Shown here: positions 29,935 to 38,600 of the stretch, one piece after another | Position numbering within the stretch: the stretch's first letter is position 1 | How the letters are laid out: the number at the start of each line of letters is the position of its first letter | Assembly: GCA_038230095.1 (NCBI GenBank) | Contig: JBBRNT010000004.1 | Location: 20,448 to 84,447, forward strand | Direction: 5' to 3' | Source: Candidatus Saccharimonadia bacterium | GTDB taxonomy: Bacteria; Patescibacteriota; Saccharimonadia; UBA4664; JBBRNT01 | DNA: 64,000 bases | Position numbers and translations under genes: made by a program | The notes under the pieces: generated by a model | What the model saw: only the letters and a program-made list of their open reading frames with translations | Told to the model about the DNA's origin: nothing | Databases searched by the model: none

Positions 29935-30829
29935 GGAGCTGCTCCAGGTGGGCTATGAATGCCTGCATCTCGGCAGTACGGCTTGCCGGATAGTGGCCAC
30001 CTTCAGCAATCTTCTCGCGGTAGTACAACACAATCTCCGCCAGTCCCACGCCGTCGGTGGGCACACCAGAGTCCTCTAGCCTGCCCACAGCATGGAAAGC
30101 CACGGCCCGGGTAAAACAGGCTTGGCAGGTACCGCAGTGGCCACTGCTACCGAAGCAGGACAGCGTTTGTCGCAAGACAGCGTAACGGGCAGGGGAAAGC
30201 GTACCCCAGCCGACCAGATCGCTTTTGCTGAGCCCCACTAGGGGGAGGAACAGCGCTAGGCCAGCCTCGGAAGCGAGTCCCTGCATGTGCCGCACGAACA
30301 CCAGGCTCTTGTCTCCGCCAGAGTAAGGCATCTCACCCTTCACAGGGCAGAACCACAGCTCGCTGTCACCGTCATTCTGCGCCATAGTTTCTGTCAGAAT
30401 CAAATAATTACGAAGCGGGAATAAGTGGCGCCACTCTCCCCCCATGCGAGACAGGCCCTCCGCTGCCACATCACCTAGATTGAGCTGCATGTGCTCCAGC
30501 CATAGCCGGGCAGCCTCTGGGTAGCTTTCCAGGATAGTCTTCTGGAGCCGGGCCACACTGGTCTGCTCACCGGTGTCATAGGGGTGTCCATAGCTGGTGT
30601 ACACCGTTCGCACCGGTAGGCCACCCTCTAGCGCCATCAGTAATGCCGATGTGGAGTCAAGACCGCCGCTCCAGGGTAAGAGTATTGTGCGTTGCCCAGG
30701 CAGCGGATCAATCTGGGCAGAGTACTCCTTGGCCCGAGTTTGTTCTAGGTAGACGAGGCTATCGGGGCTGTTCAGTGCCTCGGTAAATGTTACCGGCAGC
30801 CGATCATAATGTAGGGTTGTGTGTTTCAC
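29927..30829 (-). CDS. QueC-like PP-loop ATPase (7-cyano-7-deazaguanine synthase family)
   Basis: WSGGLDST PP-loop, PLRNYLIL, LSKSDLV, SCF....HCGTCQACFTR zinc site; start GTG 30829 or 30844. Confidence 0.85.
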   Translation of the reverse strand: MKHTTLHYDRLPVTFTEALNSPDSLVYLEQTRAKEYSAQIDPLPGQRTILLPWSGGLDSTSALLMALEGGLPVRTVYTSYGHPYDTGEQTSVARLQKTILESYPEAARLWLEHMQLNLGDVAAEGLSRMGGEWRHLFPLRNYLILTETMAQNDGDSELWFCPVKGEMPYSGGDKSLVFVRHMQGLASEAGLALFLPLVGLSKSDLVGWGTLSPARYAVLRQTLSCFGSSGHCGTCQACFTRAVAFHAVGRLEDSGVPTDGVGLAEIVLYYREKIAEGGHYPASRTAEMQAFIAHLEQLHD

Positions 30830-31310
30830 GGAGAGGCTCCTCAAAGTCTATTTCAAGCCGTACTGGGTCATCCTGGCCTGGTATGAACTGCAGACTTATC
30901 ATACTTGGTCGTCTACCAATTGCAATCTGGAACCAGAGCTGGTCGCCGGGCCACATGTCTGCTATCGGCACCTGTGCTAGGTCATACCACTCCACAGTCA
31001 TCTCATTGGTCTCCTCTGGGTGGCCATCCCATTGGCTCGCCGTGTAGCAGTACAGGACAATGTCGGGCTCAGTTGCTGGCGCGTAGGTGAAGTACACAAT
31101 GGCGTTCAGCTTAGGATCGAGCAGCCTGGCGTGGGTCTCTTCCTCAAACTCGCGTAGCATCGCTGCTCGGATGTTCTCATCGGTCTCCTCCAGCTTCCCT
31201 CCAAAGCCATTGAGCTTGCCTGCCGCCCCGCCAAATTTCTTTCTACCAAGCAGTATGCGCCCCCGCTCTCGGTCTATAAGGTAGCCAAGTGTGACTATCC
31301 GGCCAGTCAT
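30804..31310 (-). CDS. MTH1/NUDT1-type Nudix hydrolase (oxidised purine dNTPase-like)
   Basis: ILLGRKKFG..GKLNGFGGKLE...REFEEET, ETNEM..W, MWPGDQLW. Confidence 0.88.
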   Translation of the reverse strand: MTGRIVTLGYLIDRERGRILLGRKKFGGAAGKLNGFGGKLEETDENIRAAMLREFEEETHARLLDPKLNAIVYFTYAPATEPDIVLYCYTASQWDGHPEETNEMTVEWYDLAQVPIADMWPGDQLWFQIAIGRRPSMISLQFIPGQDDPVRLEIDFEEPLRETHNPTL

Positions 31311-33049
31311 GACTGCGCTCCAAGCCAGTTGCTAAGCGTAGTTTGCTGTGACTCGCTCAGGAATGGCCTTGCCTGCTCAACTTCAGCTGGCACTGGCATA
31401 GGATTGGGTGCTAGCTCGCCGGCAGCAGCGTACACCCCTGAGTAGTAGTCCATGAACGACCGGGCTGCAGTCCAGGTACTAAGCCAGCCCACCGCGTCGT
31501 GCTCGGCTAGCTGCTGCTGGGCCAGCTGACGCCGCCGTTCGACCGACGCCTCCAGCTGGACACGGGCTTGTAGTAGGTGGTCCGCAGCTGACTCCACCGC
31601 CAGCCCCGCCATGGCCAAGCGGGCTAGCTCGCGGGAGACGATGAGATTTGTCGGGTAGCTACGCATGAGTTCCGTCGCGGTAGCCGCTACCTCGGCCGTA
31701 GCCTCTGCCGTCTCGAGAGCCCGGATGAGTCGAATGCCGAGAAATACTTGCTGGCTCTCCCCCTGGGCTAGCCTGCTGAGCTCCCGTGCCTCCGCCAGGG
31801 TGTCGGGCTGGTGCTGGGCCGTATGGTAGGCTAGCTGCATCAGACGTTTCGCCATCGCCGGGTCCTCTGGTAGGACTCGGCTATACACTACGGCACCTCC
31901 GCGCTCGGCCACGAGAGTCAGGCTACCATCTGGCTCATCCCTTAGGCTTGCTGTCTCGCCAAAACGCTGCCCGACATTACCAAACGGTGTGGCATCAATA
32001 ATTCGCCCCCGCCCCTCGCCTTGTCGCTCGAGCGCCACCCAGTGTACTGGGCAGCTCTCCGTCAGCGGGTCCATGAGAACCTGGGCAAACTCGACTTGTC
32101 CCAGTCCCAGCTCCGAGGCCCAGGCGGCCAGGCTAGTATTGCTATAGACGCAGTTTGAGAAGCCCTGGCCCACTTCGTGTTCAGCTGGAAAGGCCGCTCC
32201 CGACGAGCTATTGACTAACAGCGCAGTGAGCTCGTCGATGGTTGCCGGCATCTGCTGGCCCGGTCGCAGCCGTAGGGGGAGGATACTTGGGTCATGGCTT
32301 GGGTGTTCGATTGGCTCGGTTGTGAGTGCTAGCTCCACTACCCTGGCTACTTCACCTGCGTGCTTACCATCTACGCTCACATCTATCAGCTGGCCACTCG
32401 TTTCTTGTTGCTGGCGGTAGCCAAATGAAAGAGGGAACAGGTCCATGATGAGTGCTTGGGCTTCTATCTGCAGGCCGGTCATAGCATACTTTTCATCTGT
32501 AGCAGTTTTGCTAGCATGGCTCCGCTCCAGGGTAGCCTGTGCGTCTTCAGAGTGGAAGTAGAAAGTCTTGTCGGGTTGCTGACCGGTCGAGCTCGCCATG
32601 CTCCAGAGCGAGGCCAGTAGACTCGTACGCTGCTCTGTAGCCGCGTAGCGCGCCGGATCTGCCAGGATTATTTTGGCAGCCGAGTAGACCACAGTGGTAT
32701 CAATGTCTCGGTCACAGAGTAGAAATTGCTTGCCTTCGATCTGTCCGGGTACTACGCTGGCTTCCCAGAGCTGTCCAGCGACTATCTCGTGGTAGCGGTC
32801 GTAGGCGGTGGCCGTGGCGCGCTCAGCGTCTAGGCAGACCAGGCCATCTGCCGTGTCCTGAAACAGGCTTTGCCACTGCTCATAGAGGGCTACCGAGCGC
32901 TCGTGGTGGGGGCTATCCGTCTTGTCCTGAAGGATGTCACGGTTTTTTACGACCTCCAGACCCTGCGCCTCTAGATAGTTGCGCACCCCTTCCACTACTG
33001 TAGACTTCCCACTTCCGCGCTCGCCCTCAAAAGATACCCGTTCCGTCAT
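31307..33049 (-). CDS. Thymidylate-kinase-like P-loop domain fused to a transglutaminase-like (Cys-His-Asp) domain and helical tail
   Basis: VSFEGERGSGKST, LCDRDIDTTVVY, PDKTFYF; then SNCVYSN...HWVALE...IIDATP. Confidence 0.7.
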   Translation of the reverse strand: MTERVSFEGERGSGKSTVVEGVRNYLEAQGLEVVKNRDILQDKTDSPHHERSVALYEQWQSLFQDTADGLVCLDAERATATAYDRYHEIVAGQLWEASVVPGQIEGKQFLLCDRDIDTTVVYSAAKIILADPARYAATEQRTSLLASLWSMASSTGQQPDKTFYFHSEDAQATLERSHASKTATDEKYAMTGLQIEAQALIMDLFPLSFGYRQQQETSGQLIDVSVDGKHAGEVARVVELALTTEPIEHPSHDPSILPLRLRPGQQMPATIDELTALLVNSSSGAAFPAEHEVGQGFSNCVYSNTSLAAWASELGLGQVEFAQVLMDPLTESCPVHWVALERQGEGRGRIIDATPFGNVGQRFGETASLRDEPDGSLTLVAERGGAVVYSRVLPEDPAMAKRLMQLAYHTAQHQPDTLAEARELSRLAQGESQQVFLGIRLIRALETAEATAEVAATATELMRSYPTNLIVSRELARLAMAGLAVESAADHLLQARVQLEASVERRRQLAQQQLAEHDAVGWLSTWTAARSFMDYYSGVYAAAGELAPNPMPVPAEVEQARPFLSESQQTTLSNWLGAQS

Positions 33050-33834
33050 ACCTTGATCCCCGCTGCTCGTCTCATAATATCAATATTATACATGCAGTCT
33101 TCCAGCTGATCTGGGCTCAGCTGGGCACTCATAGGTAGGTGCGTAGCCAGCTTGCGGTAGGCCGTACCTTCCTCAAATCGTATTCCGCTTGCACCATGCA
33201 CCACTGGCGCACTGGTGTCCAGTCCAGTCACAAAGCCAAACTGGCGGAGCTGGGCCAGTTCCAGGTGTACGGCGTCGGCTGAGCCGAGCACGTGTACGGT
33301 CATGTGCTCTGGCAGTAGCCCCTTGCTCACCAGGTGTTCAAGTGCAGCGATGCGAGCATAGTCCGGACGGGCGTCCGGAAAGGCGGGCGCCGTCTTGCCA
33401 ATTGCCATTGCACCTACCTGAGGCAGGCTCGTCAGCTGCCGCCAGCTACTGAGCCAGTCGGTATAGTCTCGGCCGTGCGCCACGGCAGTCAGGCGGGTGC
33501 CACCTAGCTGAGTCGCGTACTTGGCCAGAAATGCTCGCACCAGCTCGTATGTGCCTGCACCATCATCAATCTTATCTGGCAGTATTAGTTGTTGCGGTCG
33601 GACGAGACGGAAGGCCTCTAGGAGTGGCTCTCCGTCCACCGACTCGCCAAGCTCACAGGCTCCGTTGTCCAGGATGACCCACTGCCCGGCCTCAGAGCGC
33701 TCGCGGAAGAACCGCGCATACTCTGCATCAAGCAAGACTTCCTGGGCGAGCGCCATGAAATAGGCAGTATCGCCATACCCCGAGAGGGTAGTCAGGTGTG
33801 CAGTAGGAGCAATAATAGCAATCTGTATACTCAT
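33046..33834 (-). CDS. DpdA/TGT-like TIM-barrel base-exchange enzyme
   Basis: VILDNGACELG, LILPDK, AVAHG, VHVLGS, GLDTSAPV mirror the TGT-superfamily DSG/HxLG/DS motifs; no Zn domain. Confidence 0.7.
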   Translation of the reverse strand: MSIQIAIIAPTAHLTTLSGYGDTAYFMALAQEVLLDAEYARFFRERSEAGQWVILDNGACELGESVDGEPLLEAFRLVRPQQLILPDKIDDGAGTYELVRAFLAKYATQLGGTRLTAVAHGRDYTDWLSSWRQLTSLPQVGAMAIGKTAPAFPDARPDYARIAALEHLVSKGLLPEHMTVHVLGSADAVHLELAQLRQFGFVTGLDTSAPVVHGASGIRFEEGTAYRKLATHLPMSAQLSPDQLEDCMYNIDIMRRAAGIKV

Positions 33835-33882
33835 GGCCGTATCATACCCGCTTCGGTCATACCACGCGAGCTGCCATAGGGC

Positions 33883-34095
33883 CTATCCGTGGCGCTTTGG
33901 GTCCACCTGCATCCAGAGCCCAGCCATGACCAGTGCTATGAACACAATAGGCACACCAGGAATTAGTAGGTTGAGTACCCACTGGGGGAGTGTAGTGCCA
34001 CCGAGAAATAGTGTAACCAGCCCCACCAGCAAAACGCCGAAAGCAGAGTAGATAAGTTTACGGGCGGTAGCTTTGGCGGCGCGACGAGTTTTCAT
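33883..34095 (-). CDS. Small two-TM membrane protein
   Basis: MKTRRAAK... followed by two hydrophobic helices. Confidence 0.55.
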   Translation of the reverse strand: MKTRRAAKATARKLIYSAFGVLLVGLVTLFLGGTTLPQWVLNLLIPGVPIVFIALVMAGLWMQVDPKRHG

Positions 34096-34193
34096 ACTGG
34101 TATTATAGCCCTCATGCTCGGTGGCTCCAAGGGCGGGGAGTGGAAATATTGCCTTGCTACAGCTATACTGGCGACAGATAAGCATAAGTAATT

Positions 34194-34682
34194 ATGAACT
34201 TGCCCGTAATTGGAACGCTTAGTGTAGATCTGGTGATCATTGCTACCGTGGTCGCCGTGGTCTTGTTTATGATCGTGCTCGGCCACGGCAAGCTGCGCAA
34301 TCTGGCGCTGGCTAGCTTTGTTGGCTGGGTACTGGCAGCCGAGTTTGCGACTACCGTACACGGCGTAGCAGGCTCATTGAGCCTAGGCACAACCCGCCTT
34401 GTGCTCTACATTGCGCCCATCGTCCTTCTGGAGTTCGGACGCCGCCACCAGGACGCTGGCCCGCGCCAAGGGCTGGTCTTCGGCCTGGTCATGGCTGTGG
34501 CAACCGCTGCACTTATTATCAGTGGCGTCCTTACCCAGTTTGATCAAGGCACCCGTGAGTCTATCACCGGTAGCTCCCAGATAGCCTTCCTCATCTACAA
34601 TTTGCGGCTCATCTGGCTGGGCCTGGTTCCCGTTCTGGCCATGCTCGAGGGCTTCATTAAGCCCAAAGACAAGCACCACTAG
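34194..34682 (+). CDS. Hypothetical membrane protein
   Basis: 162 aa, multi-TM; -10 TATACT upstream. Confidence 0.65.
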   Translation: MNLPVIGTLSVDLVIIATVVAVVLFMIVLGHGKLRNLALASFVGWVLAAEFATTVHGVAGSLSLGTTRLVLYIAPIVLLEFGRRHQDAGPRQGLVFGLVMAVATAALIISGVLTQFDQGTRESITGSSQIAFLIYNLRLIWLGLVPVLAMLEGFIKPKDKHH

Positions 34683-34709
34683 GCGCTTTTGGTCTACGGC
34701 ACTGCGCGT

Positions 34710-35003
34710 CTACTTGCCTGGCTTTTTCTGTAGGTGGAGTAGCAATAGTCCAGCTAGCACAATCACTGCACCGCCAATTACCAGCGCCTGGCTCACCGAG
34801 TACACCAGGTGCAGGCTGGTAAACGCCCCACAGCCCTTGCTCGTATTGGTGTTTGCGCACACACCGCCCACCAGGTCATACAGGCTAAACAATGAGTATA
34901 CACAGCCCATAAAGCCCACCACGCTCAGTACCGCTCCAGCAATAATGTAGTTTTTTAGGTATTTCACTAGCCACATTGTAGCAAATATGCGCCTATCAGA
35001 CAT
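34710..35003 (-). CDS. Small membrane protein with a Cys pair in the loop (start uncertain)
   Basis: Two TMs flanking C.......C. Confidence 0.45.
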   Translation of the reverse strand: MSDRRIFATMWLVKYLKNYIIAGAVLSVVGFMGCVYSLFSLYDLVGGVCANTNTSKGCGAFTSLHLVYSVSQALVIGGAVIVLAGLLLLHLQKKPGK

Positions 35004-35051
35004 GAAAACCCCGCCCTAGAGCGAGGGTTCTCGCCCCAGAGCGGGGAGTGG

Positions 35052-35492
35052 TCAGGCGTCCTCGAAGTAGCTACGCGCCAGTGCTACCGGGTTGGTGGTA
35101 CGTGGTCTCATCAGAGATGCCCAAGACAACCAGTCCCGGCTCTGCTCGCGGAAGACCGCCAACTCGACTTCATTTGGGTTGTGCCACGCACCGAAGAGGT
35201 CGATACGCACAAGTACTACATCAAAATCCGACATAGATCCCAGCCCGGCCAATCGGCATGCCTGCTCTTCTGGGCAGAGCGATAGCACCAGGTAGGTCTG
35301 GGTTTGGTCGGCCGCGTAGCCCGTTACCCCAACCCCGGTCAGAGTCAGGTCTGCCATAGGGCGGAGGGTGTCCTGGTACCAGGCCGGCTGGTTAGCTATG
35401 ATCCTTGCCCAGGCCGCCAGGTCTTTGTCTAGCTCGCGCAAGGCATCTAGCTCAGCTGAGGCCAGCGTCAGTGTGGTGCGGGTGATAGTCAT
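35052..35492 (-). CDS. Hypothetical protein
   Basis: SD AAGGA before MTITR; hairpin at about 35006-35030 downstream. Confidence 0.55.
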   Translation of the reverse strand: MTITRTTLTLASAELDALRELDKDLAAWARIIANQPAWYQDTLRPMADLTLTGVGVTGYAADQTQTYLVLSLCPEEQACRLAGLGSMSDFDVVLVRIDLFGAWHNPNEVELAVFREQSRDWLSWASLMRPRTTNPVALARSYFEDA

Positions 35493-35551
35493 GGCTACAT
35501 CCTTGTTGTGGGGTACGGGAGAATTGCTGGCATAATAGCATACCGCCAGAT

Positions 35552-36325
35552 TCAAACAAGCTGAATTTCATTTGCAAGCTCGCTAGGCATGCGCAGCGGT
35601 ATTTGGTGGTCACAATCATAAAAAAGCAACTGGTAATTTTTTGGTAGAATACCAAGTTTCGTGCGCACATCGTCTGTAATGCTATCTTTTACCCCAAATA
35701 TTAGTACGGTTTGATGCGAATTTGCGGCAATATCTTCCTCTGGTTTGTACGTAAGCATTGACCGTATTGACCGCATTAATGCCCAAGGGGTTGTCCTGGT
35801 CGTGTCTTTTATGACATGCGCAGGCATGTCTTTGAAAAGTTTGTGAATAAATAGCCTCACAACGGGTCCAGTTAACCATATGCCGTAGGCGTTTACCCAC
35901 CCCGCTGGTCCTTGAATGATAGCTTCAGGGCATCGTGCGATTTCTGCAAGCTGTTTTGGCCCGGTAATGGTATTTATTAGTGGCAGCCCACTTAAAACAA
36001 CTTTGCTATAAGTGTTTGTGTGTGTTGCCGCCAAACGAAGCGCAATCATTGCCCCAAATGAATGTCCAGCAAGTATATACCCATCAGGCAAATGCAAAGA
36101 TTGTATAGCACTATCTACTTCTTCAACCTGCATGTCTAAACTGTAGTCTTGACTACGTGGCTTGTGTGACTTTCCAAACCCAAGCAAATCAAAGCTGATA
36201 ATTCTGCTATTTTTATCTAATTGCGCAATAACATCACGCCAATAATCATGCGTTGATATAATGCCCGGAATAAGAACAATGACATGTTTAGAGGTACTGT
36301 TTCCATATTCGTGAACATGAATCAT
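35552..36325 (-). CDS. Alpha/beta hydrolase (AT-rich islet)
   Basis: FDLLGFGKS, AGHSFGA nucleophile elbow, FGVKD, DHQIP; ATGA overlap with the upstream ORF. Confidence 0.88.
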   Translation of the reverse strand: MIHVHEYGNSTSKHVIVLIPGIISTHDYWRDVIAQLDKNSRIISFDLLGFGKSHKPRSQDYSLDMQVEEVDSAIQSLHLPDGYILAGHSFGAMIALRLAATHTNTYSKVVLSGLPLINTITGPKQLAEIARCPEAIIQGPAGWVNAYGIWLTGPVVRLFIHKLFKDMPAHVIKDTTRTTPWALMRSIRSMLTYKPEEDIAANSHQTVLIFGVKDSITDDVRTKLGILPKNYQLLFYDCDHQIPLRMPSELANEIQLV

Positions 36326-36633
36326 TTTATAACGAATCGTTTGACGACAAATTTCCAGACCACATAAACCAAGCACATAAATACCACCACCGACAACGTA
36401 TCCCACAAAAAGTTGCCATAGTGTATACACAAAGTGCCGTTTCGTATGCTCCAAGAACGCACAGTTGATTCTTTTAAGAGATTAGAAACTGTTGGCATAA
36501 TGAGGTTTAATTTAAATGAATTAACAAAATGAAACATCTCAGTGCCTACAACAACGCACAATACGAATTTAGCAAAACTAGCGTATTCTTTTGGTGCCCG
36601 TAGCACAGAGTTTACAAATTTATTCATATGCAA
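36322..36633 (-). CDS. MscL-like mechanosensitive channel protein (divergent)
   Basis: VVVG....FVNSF..NLIMP.V...IHYGNFL....VVVF..VY pattern. Confidence 0.55.
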   Translation of the reverse strand: MHMNKFVNSVLRAPKEYASFAKFVLCVVVGTEMFHFVNSFKLNLIMPTVSNLLKESTVRSWSIRNGTLCIHYGNFLWDTLSVVVFMCLVYVVWKFVVKRFVIK

Positions 36634-36825
36634 CTTCCTTATTTAAGGTCATGGTACATATAAGTATAGTACACGAATCCAGGTTATTACCTGCAGTAGT
36701 CTAGTTGGGTTTACAAAATTCGTGCCTTCCCAAATTAGCAACCGCTCATAGATCGCTTTTACAAAGCAAAACTGTTAAGCGTGTTTCACCAAACAAAAAC
36801 CCGACTCTGAGGTCGGATTCTAGTA

Positions 36826-36901
36826 TGGTGGGCCCAGTGAGACTCGAACTCACGACACAAGGCTTAAAAGGCCTCTGCTCTACCAACTGAGCTATGGGCC
36901 C
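36826..36901 (-). tRNA. tRNA-Lys (UUU)
   Basis: Reverse complement GGGCCCATAGCTCAGTTGGTAGAGCAGAGGCCTTTTAAGCCTT...GTTCGAGTCTCACTGGGCCCACCA. Confidence 0.95.
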
Positions 36902-37124
36902 TCAAGGCTAATTTTGAGGGGTTTTTAACTGCCCAACTATACCTGTAATCAGGCTTTTGGTCAATCAGGGCGTATCCGTTGGACAGATTCGGCATACTAC
37001 ACTGGGACCATCCCAGCCGTCACCACACATTCCGTGCTAGCCCAGAGGCGTAAGCGCTCATGCTTGCACCCCCGTTCACGTCTCGCTAGACTAGGAGGAA
37101 TATTGAGGGTAGAAAGCGACCGCT

Positions 37125-38528
37125 GTGCCCCACACCACACCCCTCCGCCGCACGACACTCATCATTGCCACCCTGTTAGCGTTCGTCGTGGGCTTGGGCC
37201 TGGGTCAGACAGACATCCACTTCTGGTGGGTCTGGCTGTTCCCACTTGGTGTTGTGACCCTCCTCGCACGTCGTAGCCGCGTCTTTGTGGTGGGGCTGTG
37301 TGCTATAGGGCTTTGCCTGGGCCTGTGGCGCGGCCATGCCAGTCTGCGCCAGTTTGACGCGCTTACCCGCCATATTGGGCAGACGGTAAGCCTTACCGGT
37401 ACCATTTCCGATGACCCAGCCACCGCCAAGCAGACCAACTTCATCCTTACCAGCGTTTCGCTTGGTGGCCGGCAGGTGGCGGGGGACGTTCGCGTTACCA
37501 GCTACCCACAGCGCCAGCTGAAGCGTGGCTACGTAGTGCGGATCACCGGTAAGCTAAAAGCCGGCTTCAGCTCCCAGCCGGCTAGTCTAGGCTACGGCCA
37601 GCTCCAGGTTCTGAGCACCAAGCAGAGCTGGCTAGAGCAGGCCCGCCAGGCCTTCTTTGCCGGTATGCACACCGCCATGCCCGATCCCAACGCCGGCTTT
37701 GCACTTGGGCTCCTCATTGGCGTGCGCTCCATGATCCCGGTCTGGCTACAAAACCAGCTAAATGACGTTGGCTTGTCACACCTGGTGGCTGTTTCTGGTT
37801 ATAACCTCACTATCATCGCCGCCGCCTTCTACACCGTTCTCCGGCCCCGCTCGCGCTACCTAGCCACCGCCGTTTCGGTCTGGCTCATTAGCTTCTTCAT
37901 TATTGTCGCCGGAGCCTCCGCCTCGGTGGTCCGTGCGGCCGTCGTAGCGCTACTGGTACTAGCCGCCAAGTACTATGGCCGCAGTATTCGACCCGGTCTT
38001 CTACTGGCCCTAGCTGCAGCCGCCACTGCTGCCTGGAACCCCTGGCTGCTTACCCGCGATCTGGGCTGGCAGCTATCCTTCCTCGCCTTTGCCGGCATTG
38101 CCGTGGTTGCGCCGGTGCTGGAAACACGCCTCTTCAGGAACCCGGGCTCCATTAAGAAAGTCGCGATAGAGTCTTTCTCAGCTCAGCTCATTACCTTCCC
38201 GCTGATCATGCTAGTATTCGGCCGCTTCTCGGTCATCGCGCCACTGGCCAATATGCTGGTTCTCCCCCTAGTTCCGGCCGCCATGGGCTTGTCGCTGGTG
38301 GCTGGTCTCAGCGGCTGGCTCTGGCCTGTATCGGCCACCGTTCTGGCCTGGCCCGCCTGGTTTATCACCCAGCTCATGCTCGCGATTATTACTCGCCTGG
38401 ACACCCTGCCCATTGTGAGTCTCACGGCTGCACTTACCTGGACACGGCTTGTCATTATCTATGCCCTTGGCACGCTGCTCATCTGGCTGCTGGCGCGACG
38501 GGCCGTGACCGAACCCCACGCCCAGTGA
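37125..38528 (+). CDS. comEC: ComEC/Rec2 competence protein (no MBL domain)
   Basis: GLSHLVAVSGYN, SASVVRA, DLGWQLSFLA, APLANMLVLP. Confidence 0.92.
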   Translation: MPHTTPLRRTTLIIATLLAFVVGLGLGQTDIHFWWVWLFPLGVVTLLARRSRVFVVGLCAIGLCLGLWRGHASLRQFDALTRHIGQTVSLTGTISDDPATAKQTNFILTSVSLGGRQVAGDVRVTSYPQRQLKRGYVVRITGKLKAGFSSQPASLGYGQLQVLSTKQSWLEQARQAFFAGMHTAMPDPNAGFALGLLIGVRSMIPVWLQNQLNDVGLSHLVAVSGYNLTIIAAAFYTVLRPRSRYLATAVSVWLISFFIIVAGASASVVRAAVVALLVLAAKYYGRSIRPGLLLALAAAATAAWNPWLLTRDLGWQLSFLAFAGIAVVAPVLETRLFRNPGSIKKVAIESFSAQLITFPLIMLVFGRFSVIAPLANMLVLPLVPAAMGLSLVAGLSGWLWPVSATVLAWPAWFITQLMLAIITRLDTLPIVSLTAALTWTRLVIIYALGTLLIWLLARRAVTEPHAQ

Positions 38529-38600
38529 TATAATTAGATCAAGCAGTACCCTACGGTATAGCAATTAACGCCGTAGCGTGCAAAATAGGGAGATTGCTAC

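Noticed and set aside
29056-33834. Calling the operon type IV CBASS, Qat or a classical dpd island
   Set aside because: No CD-NTase, effector, QatA-like KAP ATPase, TatD or DpdB-K genes are visible
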